A DNA stretch of 64,000 nucleotides, taken from positions 322,276,001-322,340,000 of the forward strand of contig CM126205.1 in the NCBI GenBank assembly GCA_052327205.1, written 5' to 3'. The notes beneath the pieces are model-generated. The model made no database searches and was not told where the DNA came from. It saw only the letters and a program-made list of their open reading frames with translations. The position numbers were made by a program, and so were the translations under genes. The first letter of the stretch is position 1; the number at the start of each line of letters is the position of its first letter. The stretch is from Somniosus microcephalus (taxonomy: Eukaryota). This document shows positions 10,807-23,840 of this stretch, piece by piece.

Positions 10807-11047
10807 TAGGGTTGCCAGCTCAGGTTGGACGTATTTCTGGAGCTTTCATCACATGACACCCCGTCTCCAATCGCCCCACTTGGTCAACCAGCCATTTCCC
10901 CCCCCCCCCACCGCGCCCCCCTCCAACTCAAACAATTTTATAAGTAATAAGCAAAAGCGTTCAAAGAAAATGGGGGAAAAGCGTCCAGGAGAATAATCTT
11001 TAATTCCTGGAGACTCCAGGACAATCCCTGGAGGGTTGGCAACTCTA
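10807..11047. mobile_element. Old non-autonomous DNA transposon with TAGGGTTGCCA termini (hAT-like)
   Basis: tagggttgccag ... ttggcaactcta inverted termini; related copies at about 24670 and 28359. Confidence 0.65.
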
Positions 11048-11639
11048 AATGGTTGAATGTCCCACCAACTGGGTCGCCTCTCGCATGTGTAATGACCGTC
11101 AGTGTGGAGGTACCAAAGGACACCCAGTGCCCGTGAAACCGTATCCCAGAAAGGAATTGTTTTCAGGAAGGTCATGGGCAAAAAAAACCCAACTTGTCAA
11201 GGAAGAGTGGAATGGACAGCATTTATCCTCTTGTGAGATTCCACTTTGGGTGAAATTTCATCCGGCCTTTAAGCTTGCGTGACCCGGGGTTAGAATCATA
11301 AATGCTTCCAGTTAAACTGCACAAGAAGGCACGGGCTTCCTGTTTTTTCCTGACCGACTCTAACTGTGAGCCTGTTATTAACTGATAGTGACTGGAAGCA
11401 GTATCTGTTAACTAATTCCCAGTCATTTTCTCAGCGGAAACCTCACAACAAATCCACCCCATTATCTGTGTATGACTAATTATATACTTATTACTGTTCC
11501 ATTTGAGTCTTTCCTCTTAATTTGTCCAGGGTGAGGGAAGAGAGATTAAATAGTGTTACTGTCCTATAGTGTTCAGGGAGATTGAAGTTGATTCACCCGG
11601 GATGTAGATTCATTCTGCTTGCTATGCGGTAGTGACATT

Positions 11640-12325
11640 GCTCTGAGAGCACTGCGTTCCTCCAACTCAGGCCTCTCGTCCATCCCCCACTTCCCCACCA
11701 TTGGCGGCCGTGCCTTCAGCTATCTAGGTCCTAAGCTCTGGAATTCCCTCCCTAAACATCTCCGCCTCTCCACCTCTCTCTCCTCCTTTAAGGCTCTGCT
11801 TAAAACCTACCTTGTTGACCATGCATTTGGTCACTTGTCTTAACGTCCCCTTCTTTGGCTCGGTGACAGTTTCTTTGCCCGAATGCATTCCTGTGAAGCG
11901 CCCTGGGACGTTTTGCTTACCTCGATTTTAAAATTCTCGGTCCTGGTTTTCAAATCCCTCCGTATCCTCGGCCCTCTCTATCTCTGTAACCTCCTCCAGC
12001 CCTACAACCCTCCGAGATATCTGCGCTCCCCCAAATTCTGCCCTCTTGAGCGTCCTCGATTTTAATCGCTCCAACATTGTCGGCCGTGCCTTCAGCTGCC
12101 TGGGTCCCTAAGTTCTGGAATTCCCTCCCTAAACCTCTCCGCCTCTCTACCTCTCTTTTTCCTCCTTTAAGACGCTCCTTGAACCCTACCTCTTTGACCT
12201 CATCTGCCCTAATACCTCCTCATACAGCTCAGTGTCAAATTTTGTTTGATAATCGCACCTGTGCAGCGCCTTGGGATGTTTTACTATGTTAAAGGTGCTA
12301 TATAAATGCAAGTTGTTGTTGTTGC
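11640..12325 (+). mobile_element. Two adjacent L2 LINE 3' fragments
   Basis: LRSSNSGL..IGGRAFS..PKLWNSLP..SFK..LKTYL twice; tail gctatataaatgcaagttgttgttgttg. Confidence 0.85.
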
Positions 12326-14414
12326 AAACAAGGCAGGAAGATTCCCATTGGTTAATTTTACGATTTTGCATGAAATAACACTAATACCAACCAGGAGAAA
12401 TCTCCTCCCTTCTCTCTCATTAACGGGAATGGTAGCATAGTGATTATGTTACTGGACGAGTAATCCAGAGGCCTGGACTAATGATCCGGAAACACAAGTT
12501 CAAATCCCACCGCGACAGCTGAGGAATTTAAATTCAATTAAATAAATCTGGAATAAAAAGCTAGCATCAGTAATGGTGACCATGAAACTACCGGATTGTC
12601 GTAAAAACCCAACTGGTTCACTGATGTCCTTTAGGGAAGGAAATCTACCGTCCTTACCCGGTCTGGCCTATATGTGACTCCAGACCCACAGTAGTGTGGT
12701 TAACCCTTAACTGCCCCTCTGAAATGGCCTAGCAAGCCACTGAGTTGTAACAAACTGCTACAAGAAATAATAAGAATAAGAATAAAACCGGATGGACCAC
12801 TCGGCACCGGCTTCGGACATGACAAAGGCACACCCAGCCCAGTCAACCCTGCAAAGTCCTCCTCATGAACACCTGGGGGCTTGTGCCAAAATTGGGAGAG
12901 CTGTCCCACAGACTAGTCAAGCAACAGCCTGACATAGTCATACTCACAGAATCATACCTTTCAGCCAATGTCCCAAACTCCTCCACCACCATCCCTGGGT
13001 ATGTCCTGTCACATCGGCAGGACAGACCCACCAGGGGTGGTGGCACAGTGGTATACAGTCGGGAGGGAGTGGCCCTGGGTGTCCTCAACATTGACTCCAG
13101 ACCCCATGAAGTCTCATGGCATCAGATCAAACATGGGCAAGGAAACCTCCTGCTGATTACCACCTACTGCCCTCCCTCAGCTGATGAATCAGTACTCCTC
13201 CATGTTGAACACCACTTGGAAGAAGCACTGAGAGTAGCAAGGGCACAGAATGTACTCTGGGTGGGGGACTTCAATGTCCATCACCAAGGGTGGCTCGGTT
13301 GCACCACTACTGACTGAGCTGGCTGAGTCCTGAAGGACATAGCTGCCAAACTGGGCCTGCGACAGGTAGTGAGAGAACGCGAGGGAAAAACCTACTTGAC
13401 CTCGTCCTCACCAATCTACCTGCTGCAGATACATCTGTCCATGACAGTGTTGGTAGCAGTGACTACCGCACAGTCCTTGTGAATATGAAGTCCTGTCTTC
13501 ACACTGAGGACACCCTCCATCGTGTTGTGTGACACTGCCACTGTGCTAAATGGGATAGATTCAGAACAGATCTAGCGGCTCAAAACTGGGCATCCATGAG
13601 GTGCTGTGGGCCATCAGCAGCAGCAGAATTGTATTCCACCACAATCTGTAACCTCATGGCCCGGCATATCCTTCACTCTAACATTAACATCAAGCCAGGG
13701 GACCAACCCGGGTTCAATAAGGAGTGTAGAAGAGCTATCAAGCGGCACTTACTCACCAATGCTCAGTTTGCTTTTCGCCAGGACCACTCAGCTCCAGACC
13801 TCATTACAGCCTTGGTCCAAACATGGACAAAAGAGCTGAATTCCAGAGGTGAGGTGAGAGTGACTGCCCTTGACATCAAGGCAGCATTTGACCGAGTGTG
13901 GCATCAAAGAGTCTAGTAAAACTGAAGTCAACGGGAATCGGGGGGAAAACTCTCCATTGGCTGGAGTCATACCTAGCACAAAGGAAGATGGTTGTGGTTG
14001 TTGGAGGCCAATCATCTCAGCCCCATGACATCGCTGCATGAGTTTCTCAGGGCAGTGCCCTAGGCCCAACCATCTTCAGCTGCTTCATCAATGACCTTCC
14101 CTTCATCATAAGGTCAGAAGTGGGGATGTTCGCTGATGATTGCACAGTGTTCAGTTTTATTCGCAACTCCTCAGATAATGAAGCAATCCATGCCCACATG
14201 CAGCAAGACCTGGACGACATTCAGGCTTGGGCTGATAAGTGTCAGGCAATGACTATCTCCAACAAGAGAGTATCTAACCACCGCCCCTTGACATTCAACG
14301 GCATTACCATCGCCGAATCCTCTAACGTCAATATTCTGGGGGTCACCATTGTTCAGAAACTTAATGGGACCAGCCACACAAATACTGTGGCTACAAGTAC
14401 AGGTCAGAGACTGG

Positions 14415-15237
14415 GGGCTGGATTTTCATTGAGGAGGCGTGTAGGAGGCGGGACTGCAACTTTCAGGGTTGTAGTCCTGCCTCCATCGAGTTGTAGCCAA
14501 CCCACGCGATTTTCACTTGATTGACCTTGTTGAGCCCGCCCAGCGGGCTCAGCAGGCCAATTAAGGGCCACCCAGCAACAGGTGACGTCACAGATTGACG
14601 TTTCATCTGTCAAAAGCTTTTGACAGATGAAATATCAGCGTTTGAGAGCTGCTTGAAGCTGTCAAACACTGATAATCTGTACTCCAAGTTAATTCCTTCC
14701 TCTCAGGCTGATTTAGAGATCTCTCCAGAACAGAAAGCTGAATGCTGCAATCGCAGCCATTCTGCTTTCTGTGCCGGTGAGATGAGGGACTCCCGAGACC
14801 TGAAGGAAGGAAGGCTGTAAAGGTAAGTAAATATAAGTACAACTTCTTTAAACACTTTACACACACCAAACATACTTACCTCTGCACTCATGCACCCATC
14901 ACTCACCTGAACACCGGACATCTCGAACCCTCCAAGTCCTTCAGCCCGACGGCCCGCCTCGCTAACTTGGCGTGGTTTGGATCCGTCGGGCAGCCCACAC
15001 TTCAAGAATAAAAATAGGGATTAGGCTAAAAACTGCCTGTTAACAGGCAGTTAATTGGCACTGGTCCCCTTCCCGCCTCGGGGAGGCGGCTCCCAGCACA
15101 GGTCAGGTATCCGCCTCCTTTGAAACTGGCATGGAGGCGGGTTGGGGGCGGGATGGGTTCGTGCCCCCCGATTTTGAGATTTTAACCCCCCCACACGCCT
15201 CCAATCCCGCCTCCACGGCCCAATGAAAATCCTGCCC
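14415..15237 (+). mobile_element. Non-autonomous Harbinger-type element, 823 bp
   Basis: TIR GGGC(T/A)GGATTTTCATTG resembling the copy 2 TIR; 3-bp TSD TGG (14412-14414 / 15238-15240); interrupts LINE ORF2 cleanly. Confidence 0.9.
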
Positions 15238-15940
15238 TGGGTATTATGTGGCGAGTGTTTCACCTCCTGACTCCCCAAAGCCTTTCCACCATCTACAAGG
15301 CACAACTTAGGTGTGTGATAGAATACTCTCCACTTGCTTGGATGAGTGCAGCTCCAACAACACTCAAGAAGTTCGACACCATATAGGACGAAGCAGCCCG
15401 CTTGATTGGCACCCCATCCACCACCTTAAACATTCACTCCCTCCACCACCAGCGCACCGTGGCTGTAGTGTGTGCCATCTACAAGATGCACTGCAGCAAA
15501 TCGCCAAGGCTTCTTCAGCAGCACCACCCAAACCTGCCTCTACCACCTAGAAGGACAAGGGCAGCAGGTGCATGGGAACACTATCACCTCCAAGTTCTCC
15601 TCCAAGTCACACACCATCCTGACTTGGAAATATATCTGGTGTTAAATCCGTGAATTTTGATGTATGGTGTCCTTCAATAAATCGACAGAGACTGCAGAGG
15701 AACAATCAACAGGTGTTTACTGGATGAGGGTTACTCTAAAAACTAAAGTACAGATCCCTACTCAAGGTTTATATACAGGTGTGGTCACTGCCGGTACTAC
15801 AGTATACAGGAGTTGTAAAAAGTAGTTCTCCCCTTAAAGGTACATACACTACAATTCCTCCCCTTTTAGATTAACAGTACCATAATATTCATTTAACAAT
15901 TAACACTTTTAACATGCAACATTAACTGCAAATAGTCCAT

Positions 15941-18856
15941 TTATAAATTCAGTCTTTGGGGCGGCTTCCTGATCCTTTCTGGATAGCGCCTTTCCTGAGT
16001 GTCTTGCTCTTGGTGCGGAGGCGATTCTGGCCCCCTGTCGTCGGTTGGTTCATCAGATTCCGATGCTACTGTTTCTGGGGTAGATGCTACCTGTATGTCG
16101 GGTTCATCACCAGGTACGCGAGACCTGGGGTTGCCTCGTTCCTGTGACTCTAGGATCTGGTCAGCATGGCGTCTCACAATGTTCTCCCCAACGTCCACTG
16201 TGTACATTAGTGGCCACTGCCGTGTGCATATCGTTCCTGGCTGCCATTTCTCTGTTCGGTAGTCGCGGGCCAAGACTGGTTGCTCTACATTGAAGCTCTT
16301 TGTCGGCTTCTCATTGATGTGCTGGAATTGCTTATTCTCAACATTTCTTCGTACATTTGGTCTGAGCAAATTCAGACGAGATCTCAACCTTCGGTTAAAG
16401 AACATCATGGCCGGGGTCTGGTTGGTAACTGCATGTGTCGCATTTCTGTAGGCTAACAGGACATTGTCCACCTTATGCTGCAGTAGAATGTCGTCATCGC
16501 ACATGGCCCTTACTGCCTTTTTAAAGGTTTGTACGAACCTCTCAGCCAATCCATTTGTGGCTGGATGATATGGGGCGGATGTGTAATGCCTTACCTCATT
16601 CCTTCTCATAAATTTCCGAAACTCTTCGGACACAAACTGTGGTCCACTATCAGAGCAAATCTGCTCTGGCAAGCTGTTCCTGGCAAATATGGTCCGTAGG
16701 ACTGCAATTGTTTTCTCCGTGGTGGTGGAGGACATTTTGATCACCTCAGGCCATTTCGAGTGCGCATCCACGGCTATTAAGAACATTGAGTCCATGAATG
16801 GACCAGCAAAATCAATGTGCACCCTTAGCCATGGAGAGGAGGGCCACTCCCATGGGTGTAGAGGGGCATGTGGTGGTGCATTTTGGACCTTCTGGCATCC
16901 TGAGCAGTTCTTTGTCAGGTCCTCGATTTGCTGATCGATCCCGGGCCATCACACATAAGCCCTAGCAAGGCTTTTCATTTTCACCCCTCCCAGATGGCCT
17001 TCGTGAAGCTCATTGAGCACTCTCTCCCTTAACTTGGGTGGAATTACCACTCGGGATCCACACATCAAGGTCCCCTGGCATACTGACAGCTGTTCTCTTC
17101 TGGATGAGAATGCTGGCAACAATGAGTCGCCATGTGTTGGCCATCCCTTCACCGTCAAATCATATACCCGAGACAGTGTCGGGTCATTTCGGGTCTCCTC
17201 TATATCCGCGTTAGTTACTGGCAAGCGTTCAATTATAGTCGAATAAAATATTTCGACAGGGTCCACTGCTGGTGCTTCCTCCGCAGTAGGCAGTGGCAGG
17301 CGTGATAGCCCATCAGTGTTTCCATGCTGTTTCGTGCCCTTATACTCTATTTCATATTGGTTCGCCCGTAGAAAAAGGGACCATCTTTGTAGCCATTGCG
17401 CAGTCATCACCGGAACGCCCTTCTTTGGATTAAAGATGGAGACAAGTGGTTGGTGGTCAGTCAGCAAGGTGAACTTCTGCCCGTGCAGATAGTGGTTGAA
17501 CATTTTTACTCCCCACACTAGGCTGAGGGCCTCCCTGTCAATCTGGGCGTAGTTACGCTCGGCTGAGGTTAGTGACCGAGACGCAAAGGCTACTGGCCAA
17601 GCCATCCGGGAATTTGTGTGACAGCACCGCCCCAATACCATAGGGTGATGCATCACACGCCAACCGAATTGGTAGTGCTGGGTTGAAATGAGCCAACACC
17701 TCTTTTGATGTGATCAATTCTTTGCACTTCTGGAAAGCTCGTTTACATTCGTAATTCCACTTCCATGGTACCCCCGTTTGCAGTAGGGTGTTCAGTGGGT
17801 GTAGTACTGTAGAGAAATTCGGCAAGAACTTATGGTAGTAGTTCACCAGCCCGAGGAACGACATCAGTTGTGACACATTTTCCGGTACTGGAGCCTTGAC
17901 TACTGCCTCAATCTTTTCAGGCGACTTATGTAACCCCTCTTCATCAATAACATGGCCACAATACGAGATCTGCTTCTGGAAACACTCGCATTTGTGGCGA
18001 TTAGCTCGGAGCCCATATTCCTTCAATCTAGTGAGCACCTGCTCCAGGTTGGCGAGGTGATCACTGTCATTTTCGCCCGTGACCAGGATGTCGTCCAAAT
18101 AACACTGGGTCCCTGGAATCCCTTGCAGGACTTGATCCATTGCCCTTTGCCAAATAGCCGGAGCTGATGCTACCCTGAACACCAGCCGGTTGTATTGGTA
18201 GAGACCTTTGTGAGTGTTGATCGTGAGGTACTGTTTCGAGGCTTCTTCTACCTCCATTTGCAGGTACGCCTGGGCCAGATCAATCTTAGTGAAGCGTTTT
18301 CCTCCAGATAGCGAGGCGAAAATATCTTCAATCCGCGGAAGCGGATATTGTACCGTGTGAAGGACTGGGTTCACTGTCACCTTAAAGTCCCCACAGATGC
18401 GAACCTTCTTTGGTTCCCCAGGCGTATTACTCAACGACCTCTTCATTATAGGAACGATGGGTGTAGCCCACTCGTTCCAGTCCACTTTGGACAGTACTCC
18501 TGAACGTTCCAACTCTTCCAGCTCTGCTTCGACGGCTGGGCGGATCGCATAAGGTACCGGTCTGGCCATAAAAAACTTTGGGCTTGCATTTTCCTCTATT
18601 TTTTGATCGTCGCTGTTATGCCTTTTAGTGTTCCGAGTCCCTCCTGGAACACTTCTTGTGCATCAGTTAGCGTTTTTGACAGTCGTCCAGGTGTGACGTC
18701 GTCATCCTTTTTGGCATCTACCGTCAGTGCTTGTATGGAATGCCAATCTAACTGTATCTTCCGGATCCATTCACGTCCTAGTAGTGGTGGTCCTCCATCT
18801 GGCAATACATATAGGTCCATTTTTGGTGTTTCCTTGCCGTGGTATATCACGTGCAC
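15941..18856 (-). pseudogene. Gypsy pol (RT, RNase H, integrase) in four broken ORFs
   Basis: RICGDFK, YPLPRIED, YLDD, CDASPYGIGAVL, HEGHLG..C..C, HIDFAGP, SDSGPQF, HPATNGLAERFVQTFK; frameshifts and a TGA at 16949-16951. Confidence 0.93.
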
Positions 18857-18858
18857 CC

Positions 18859-19854
18859 TTATTTTTCCTTTGGGTAGACTTTTTGCCCCGTGTACGTCTT
18901 CAAGACAATCTCTGTATCTCTCAAGGGTATATGTGAGAATAGCCGCTTGTAGTCCCTTCGGTTTATGACTGTTAGGGCTGATCCTGTGTCCAATTCCATT
19001 TTCACTTGGACTCCGTCTATCTTGAGCGTGACCCAGTTAGTTTGGTGATCCTCCATTTTGATTACATTATGTAGTTTCAGACAACCCAGCTCCTTGCTTC
19101 CGGAGTCTGTATCACTTTTCTGTTCGTCTGAACTACTCTCCGTCACCTTATGTACCTTTTTGCACATCTCCTGTGGAGATTTCTTGCTGCTGGTTTTCTT
19201 TCCCGACCTACAGACACTTGCTATGTGTCCTACTTTTCCACACTGTCTGCACACTTGGTCCTTGAACCAACAATCCTTCTGGTCGTGTGTTGTTCTGCCG
19301 CAGCGATAACACTTCACTGCTCCATATGACATTTTATTTGTGCCATATTCTTGCGGTCTCCGTTGTATCTCTGCAGCGCCCCGTGCGGCTGCTTCGTGTG
19401 ATACTGCCATGCTGAAAGCCTTGTCCAGCGTAAGATCCTTTTCTGATAGAAGCCGTTTCTGGGTTCCTTCACTTTGAAGCCCACACACAAACTTGTCCCT
19501 TAACGTATCTGCTAGTCCTGTTCCAAACTGGCAGTGTTTCGATAGCTTGCGCAGTTCCGTTAAATACTCAGCATTACTTTCGTCTTTATGCTGGTTCCTT
19601 TTGTGGAACTTAAATCTTTCTGCTATCAGCAGCGGTGTGGTGTTTAAGTGGTCCTGTAGGATTGCCGCTATGCTTTCAAAATCCTTTTCCACTGGCTTCT
19701 CTGGGGTTACTCGGTTTCGCAGTAAGCCGTACGTTTTTGCACCCATGGAATTCAACAATACCAGTGCTTTCCTGGCATCTGGCACTTCATTCGCCTTGCA
19801 GTACACTTCTATGCGTTCTATATATGTCGCCCAATCTTCGACTTCATTCGGCAT
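18859..19854 (-). pseudogene. Gypsy gag and start of protease
   Basis: Two CCHC knuckles (CYRCGRTTHDQKDC, CRQCGKVGHIASVC) and LDTGS protease motif; frame breaks before RT. Confidence 0.9.
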
Positions 19855-21289
19855 CCCTGGGTGTGGTTAGACTGGCTAAAAATGGCGTCTCCCGTGCTCT
19901 CCCTTCTTCTCCGCTGGCTCAAAATGGCGTCTCCCGCGCTACCTTTCTTCCCCCGCGGACGCTGCTCAGCCCTTGAACACCGGCCGCGCTCTGCGCGTTT
20001 TCCTGCGCGCCTCTATCGTTGACGCCGCTCTGTCTTCAACCCCGGCTGCGCCCTGTGCGCTTTACCCTCTCTCTTACCCCGTCGACGCTGCTCGGCCTTT
20101 TTCTGTGCCGTCGGTCGGCTCCAGCCGCCGCCGTCCGGGAAGGGTCTGCGCCGTACCTGCTGCCAGCCCGCTGCGCTGGATCGTCGCGACTGGAGAACCA
20201 AGCCCAGCTGTCCACAGCCTCCTCTACGATGTTCAAGTCCTCTCCGGATGGTCGACGCCCGCACTGGTGGAATCGGCCTTCTTCAGCAGAGTTGCAGGTA
20301 GGTTTGAATCGACTCGTCGCCAATGTTAAATCCGTGAATTTTGATGTATGGTGTCCTTCAATAAATCGACAGAGACTGCAGAGGAACAATCAACAGGTGT
20401 TTACTGGATGAGGGTTACTCTAAAAACTCAAGTACAGATCCCTACTCAAGGTTTATATACAGGTGTGGTCACTGCCGGTGCTACAGTATACAGGAGCTGT
20501 AAAAAGTAGTTCTCCCCTTAAAGGTACATACACTACATCTGTGTTCCTTCATCGTCGCTGGGTCAAAATCCTGGAACTCCCTCCCTAACAGCACTGTGGG
20601 AGCACCTTCACCACACGGACTGCTGCGGTTCAAGATGGCAGCTCACCACCACCTTCTCAAGGGCAACTAGGGATGGGCAATAAATGCCGGCCTTGTCAGT
20701 GATGCCCACATCCCAGGAATTAATTTTTTTAAAATCTCAGGTCATCCTATTGGAAAGGGATGGGTTGTTGATCCTAAATATTCCTGTGTTTGGAAAACAA
20801 GGGATGCCTCCCATTGTATTGTGCCTCATTTCCTCTCCAACATCTCAAAATGCTTCTCGCACAATGAATTACGTTGAAGAGCAGTGACTGTTGTTCGGTT
20901 GGCAAACCTGTCAGCTATTAGGCACACGGCAAGATCCCACAAACAGCAATGAGATGATGAACGCAGCGAGTGGTGAGGACCTGGAACTCGCTGCCGACAG
21001 AAGTGGTGGAAGCGGAGACACTCAATGTTTTCAAGGGGAGACTGGACAGGCACTTGAGGGAAATAAACTTGCAGGGCTACGGGGATAGAGCGGGGGAATG
21101 GGACTGGCTGGATTGCTCTACAGAGAGCCGGCATGGACTCGATGGGCCGAATGGCCTCCTTCTGTGCCGTTATGACTCTATGAATGACTGGTTAATCTGT
21201 TATTGTTGACGTCAGTTGAGGGAGGAATATTGGCCAGGACAGCTGGAGAACTCCCTTCTCTTCTTGGTATAGTGTTGTCTTTAACGTAG

Positions 21290-22010
21290 AATCTTACAGC
21301 ACAGAAGGAGTCTGATGTAATAAAACTCACTACGCACTTGGTTCGAGTATAAAGCAAGGCTTTAATCAACTTGTTTCAGAACATGGAGGTCTAGTTGTAC
21401 TTAACTAGTTCCTGTCTTACAAAATGTCCCCGGGCAAGCTGGACCCACGCCCAAGTATTTATACTCCTTGGACGGCGCCACCAGCTGGCCGTCCAGTGTT
21501 ATTTCATGAGTAGTTTCTTTATGATGATGAGATTTATAACAGAGTCCATTCGGCCCATCGTGCCTATGCCAGTTCTTTGAAAGAGCTATCCAATTAGTCC
21601 CACTCCCCTGCAATTTCCCCAAATCCCTGCAGATTTTTCCTTTTCTAGTATATATCCAATTCCCTTTAAAAAGTTACTATTGAATCTGCTTCCACCACCC
21701 TTTCAGGTAGTGCATTCCAGATCACAACAACTCGCTGCTTAAAAATAAATTCTCCTCATCTCCCCCTCTGGTTCTTTTGCCAATTATCTTAAATCTGCAT
21801 CCTCTGATCACCGACCCTCCTGCCAGTGAAACAGTTTCTCCCCATCTCCTCGCTCAAAACCCCTCATAATTTTGAACATCTCTATTTAATCTCCTCTTGA
21901 CCTTCTCTGCTCCAAGGAGAACAACCTCAGCTCTCGTCTCTCTACATAACTGAAGTCCCTCATCCCTGGTACCATTCTAATCACTCTCCTCTGCACCCTC
22001 TCCAAGGCTG
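21290..22010 (-). mobile_element. CR1 LINE 3' fragment interrupted by a solo LTR
   Basis: Reverse-strand CR1 C-terminus and 3' UTR (ccattcggcccatc..). Confidence 0.8.
21313..21541 (-). mobile_element. Solo LTR, 229 bp (family shared with 31407 and 32184)
   Basis: TG..CA ends; 5-bp TSD GAGTC (21308-21312 / 21542-21546). Confidence 0.85.
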
Positions 22011-22179
22011 TCTGAACTCTGCCAGAAGTCTGTGTGTAACATCTTAAGACCCTTTAGCTGGTCTCTAAAGGCAGGAGAGCACAAAGACACAATTGACTTG
22101 ACTGCCAAACCATCACTGATCATATCGACTATTCCAAATTAATGAAAGATTAATGTGTGTATTCATTTAAAAAAAGAGG

Positions 22180-22620
22180 TTCCTTTGATGGTTTAGCGAA
22201 TTTATCCAGTCTGTCAACCAGACCAGGCAAATCCAGGATTTGTTCCGCCCTTTCCCCCTGGCCTGGGGTTAGTTAGCTGACCTCAGCTGGAGCTGAGGCA
22301 AAGTGGGGGTGACAATGGACAGCAGTTCCCCGCGGGTTAGTGGGGGGGGTCGCGGGGGACATCGGCCTAGGTCTCTACACTTGATGGCAGCCAGCCAGCC
22401 AGCCCCTGTTGGAAAGTGCGCACCTTGGGATGAGGCCCAGAACGAACCCTGCTCCTACTGCCTCAAACGGTCGCACGGCCTGCTCAGGCTCACTGTTGAG
22501 GTGCGGGCCAAAGGTGGGGGCCCTTGAGTGAGGTAATGCAGGGCACCTGGCAGTCGTGGAACTGTACCCCAGCGAGGAGTCAAGGCGGCAGGAGCAGTGG
22601 AGTGGAGAAAACCGGGGGAC
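22180..22620 (+). repeat. Old SINE-like interspersed repeat, family not identified
   Basis: gttagctgacctcagc.. and gtggaactgtacccca segments recur in diverged form near 24050, 37310-37600 (-), 48900, 57590, 59500. Confidence 0.5.
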
Positions 22621-23033
22621 GGGAAAAAAAATTACAAAATTCTGAAAATTTGCGTCCGTTTTAGTTCAAGCACGTGGCGCCAGCGAGGGTGCTGACATTT
22701 GAATGGGCTGTTGTATGACATTACCTCTGGATGTAACCCCCGCCACCCCTTGTGAGCCGCACGTCCTTCTGTTCAAGTGGCGAGCTCGGATTCTTCTACT
22801 ATTTAAATAAGACCAAAAGAAAATGTCTTCTCTTTTGTGCTTTTAGATAAGCACTTGAAACGCCATAGCATACAAGGCTACGGACCAAGTGCTGGAAAAT
22901 GGGATTAGAATAGACAGGGCTTGATGGCCGGCGTGGACACGATGGGCCGAAGGGCCTCTTTCTGTGCTGTATAACTATGATGACTCTATTGTCCTCACTT
23001 CCTGTGAATCTGCTAACTCTTGTTGAGATCCAT

Positions 23034-23840
23034 TTCCACAGGCGCTAACTCTAGTTGGGGTACCGTTCCACAGGCGCTAACTCTAGTTGGGGTACAGTTC
23101 CACAGGCGCTAACTCTAGTTGGGGTACAGTTCCACAGGCGCTAACTCTAGTTGGGGTACAGTTCCACAGTCGCTAAATCTTGTTGGGGTACAGTTCCACA
23201 GTCGTTAACTCTAGTTGGGGTACAGTTCCACAGTCACTAAATCTTGTTGGGGTACAGTTCCACAGTCGCTAACTCTAGTTGGGGTACAGTTTCACAGTCG
23301 TTAACTCTAGTTGGGGTATAGTTCCACAGTCGCGAACTCTAGTTGGGGTGCAGTTCCACAGTCGCTAACTCTAGTTGGGGTGCAGTTCCACAGTCGCTAA
23401 CTCTAGTTGGGGTACAGTTCCACAGTCGTTAACTCTAGTTGGGGTACAGTTCCACAGTCGCGAACTCTAGTTGGGGTACAGTTCCACAGTCGCGAACTCT
23501 AGTTGGGGTACAGTTCCACAGTCGCTAACTCTAGTTGGGGTACAGTTCCATAGGCACTAACTCTAGTTGGGGTATAGTTCCACAGTCGCTAACTCTAGTT
23601 GGGGTACAGTTCCACAGTCGCTAACTCTAGTTGGGGTACAGTTCCACAGTCGCTAACTCTAGTTGGGGTACAGTTCCACAGTCGTTAACTCTAGTTGGGG
23701 TATAGTTCCACAGTCGCGAACTCTAGTTGGGGTACAGTTCCACAGTCGCGAACTCTAGTTGGGGTACAGTTCCACAGGCGCTAACTCTAGTTGGGGTACA
23801 GTTCCACAGTCGCTAAACTGTTGTTGGGGTACAGTGCCAC
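23034..23840. repeat. 32-bp minisatellite, about 25 copies
   Basis: Unit ttccacagtcgctaactctagttggggtacag, head-to-tail. Confidence 0.97.

Larger units (their letters stand above)
15640..20537 (-). mobile_element. Full-length Ty3/Gypsy LTR retrotransposon (Mag-like), coding region disrupted
   Basis: 214-bp TG..CA LTRs 15640-15853 and 20324-20537 (3 differences seen); PBS TGGCGACGAG (20322-20313) complementary to the tRNA-Ser(GCU) 3' end; PPT 15854-15867; near-TSD TCTGG/TCTGT; order gag-PR-RT-RH-IN. Confidence 0.96.
12425..20730 (+). mobile_element. Degenerate CR1-group LINE with a tRNA-derived SINE-like 5' leader and no ORF1; interrupted by a MITE and a Gypsy element
   Basis: A box 12433-12443, B box GTTCAAATCC 12498-12507; APE endonuclease (DIVILTES, GGG, GDFN) 12865-13317; RT motifs LDIKAAFDRVWH, QGS.LGP, FADD; C-terminus 15241-15639 and 20543-20730 ending gggcaataaatgc..cccacatccc. 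Confidence 0.85.

Noticed and set aside
11248-11459. Possible old MITE with GGGTG(A/G)A ends
   Set aside because: Inverted match too short, with no TSD or second copy to support it
19973-20411. Overlapping ORFs in the Gypsy leader as an extra gene
   Set aside because: GC-rich untranslated leader with ORFs in several frames and no recognisable motif
23034-23840. CRISPR-like array (32-bp repeats)
   Set aside because: Units are head-to-tail with no unique spacers, there are no cas genes, and the context is eukaryotic
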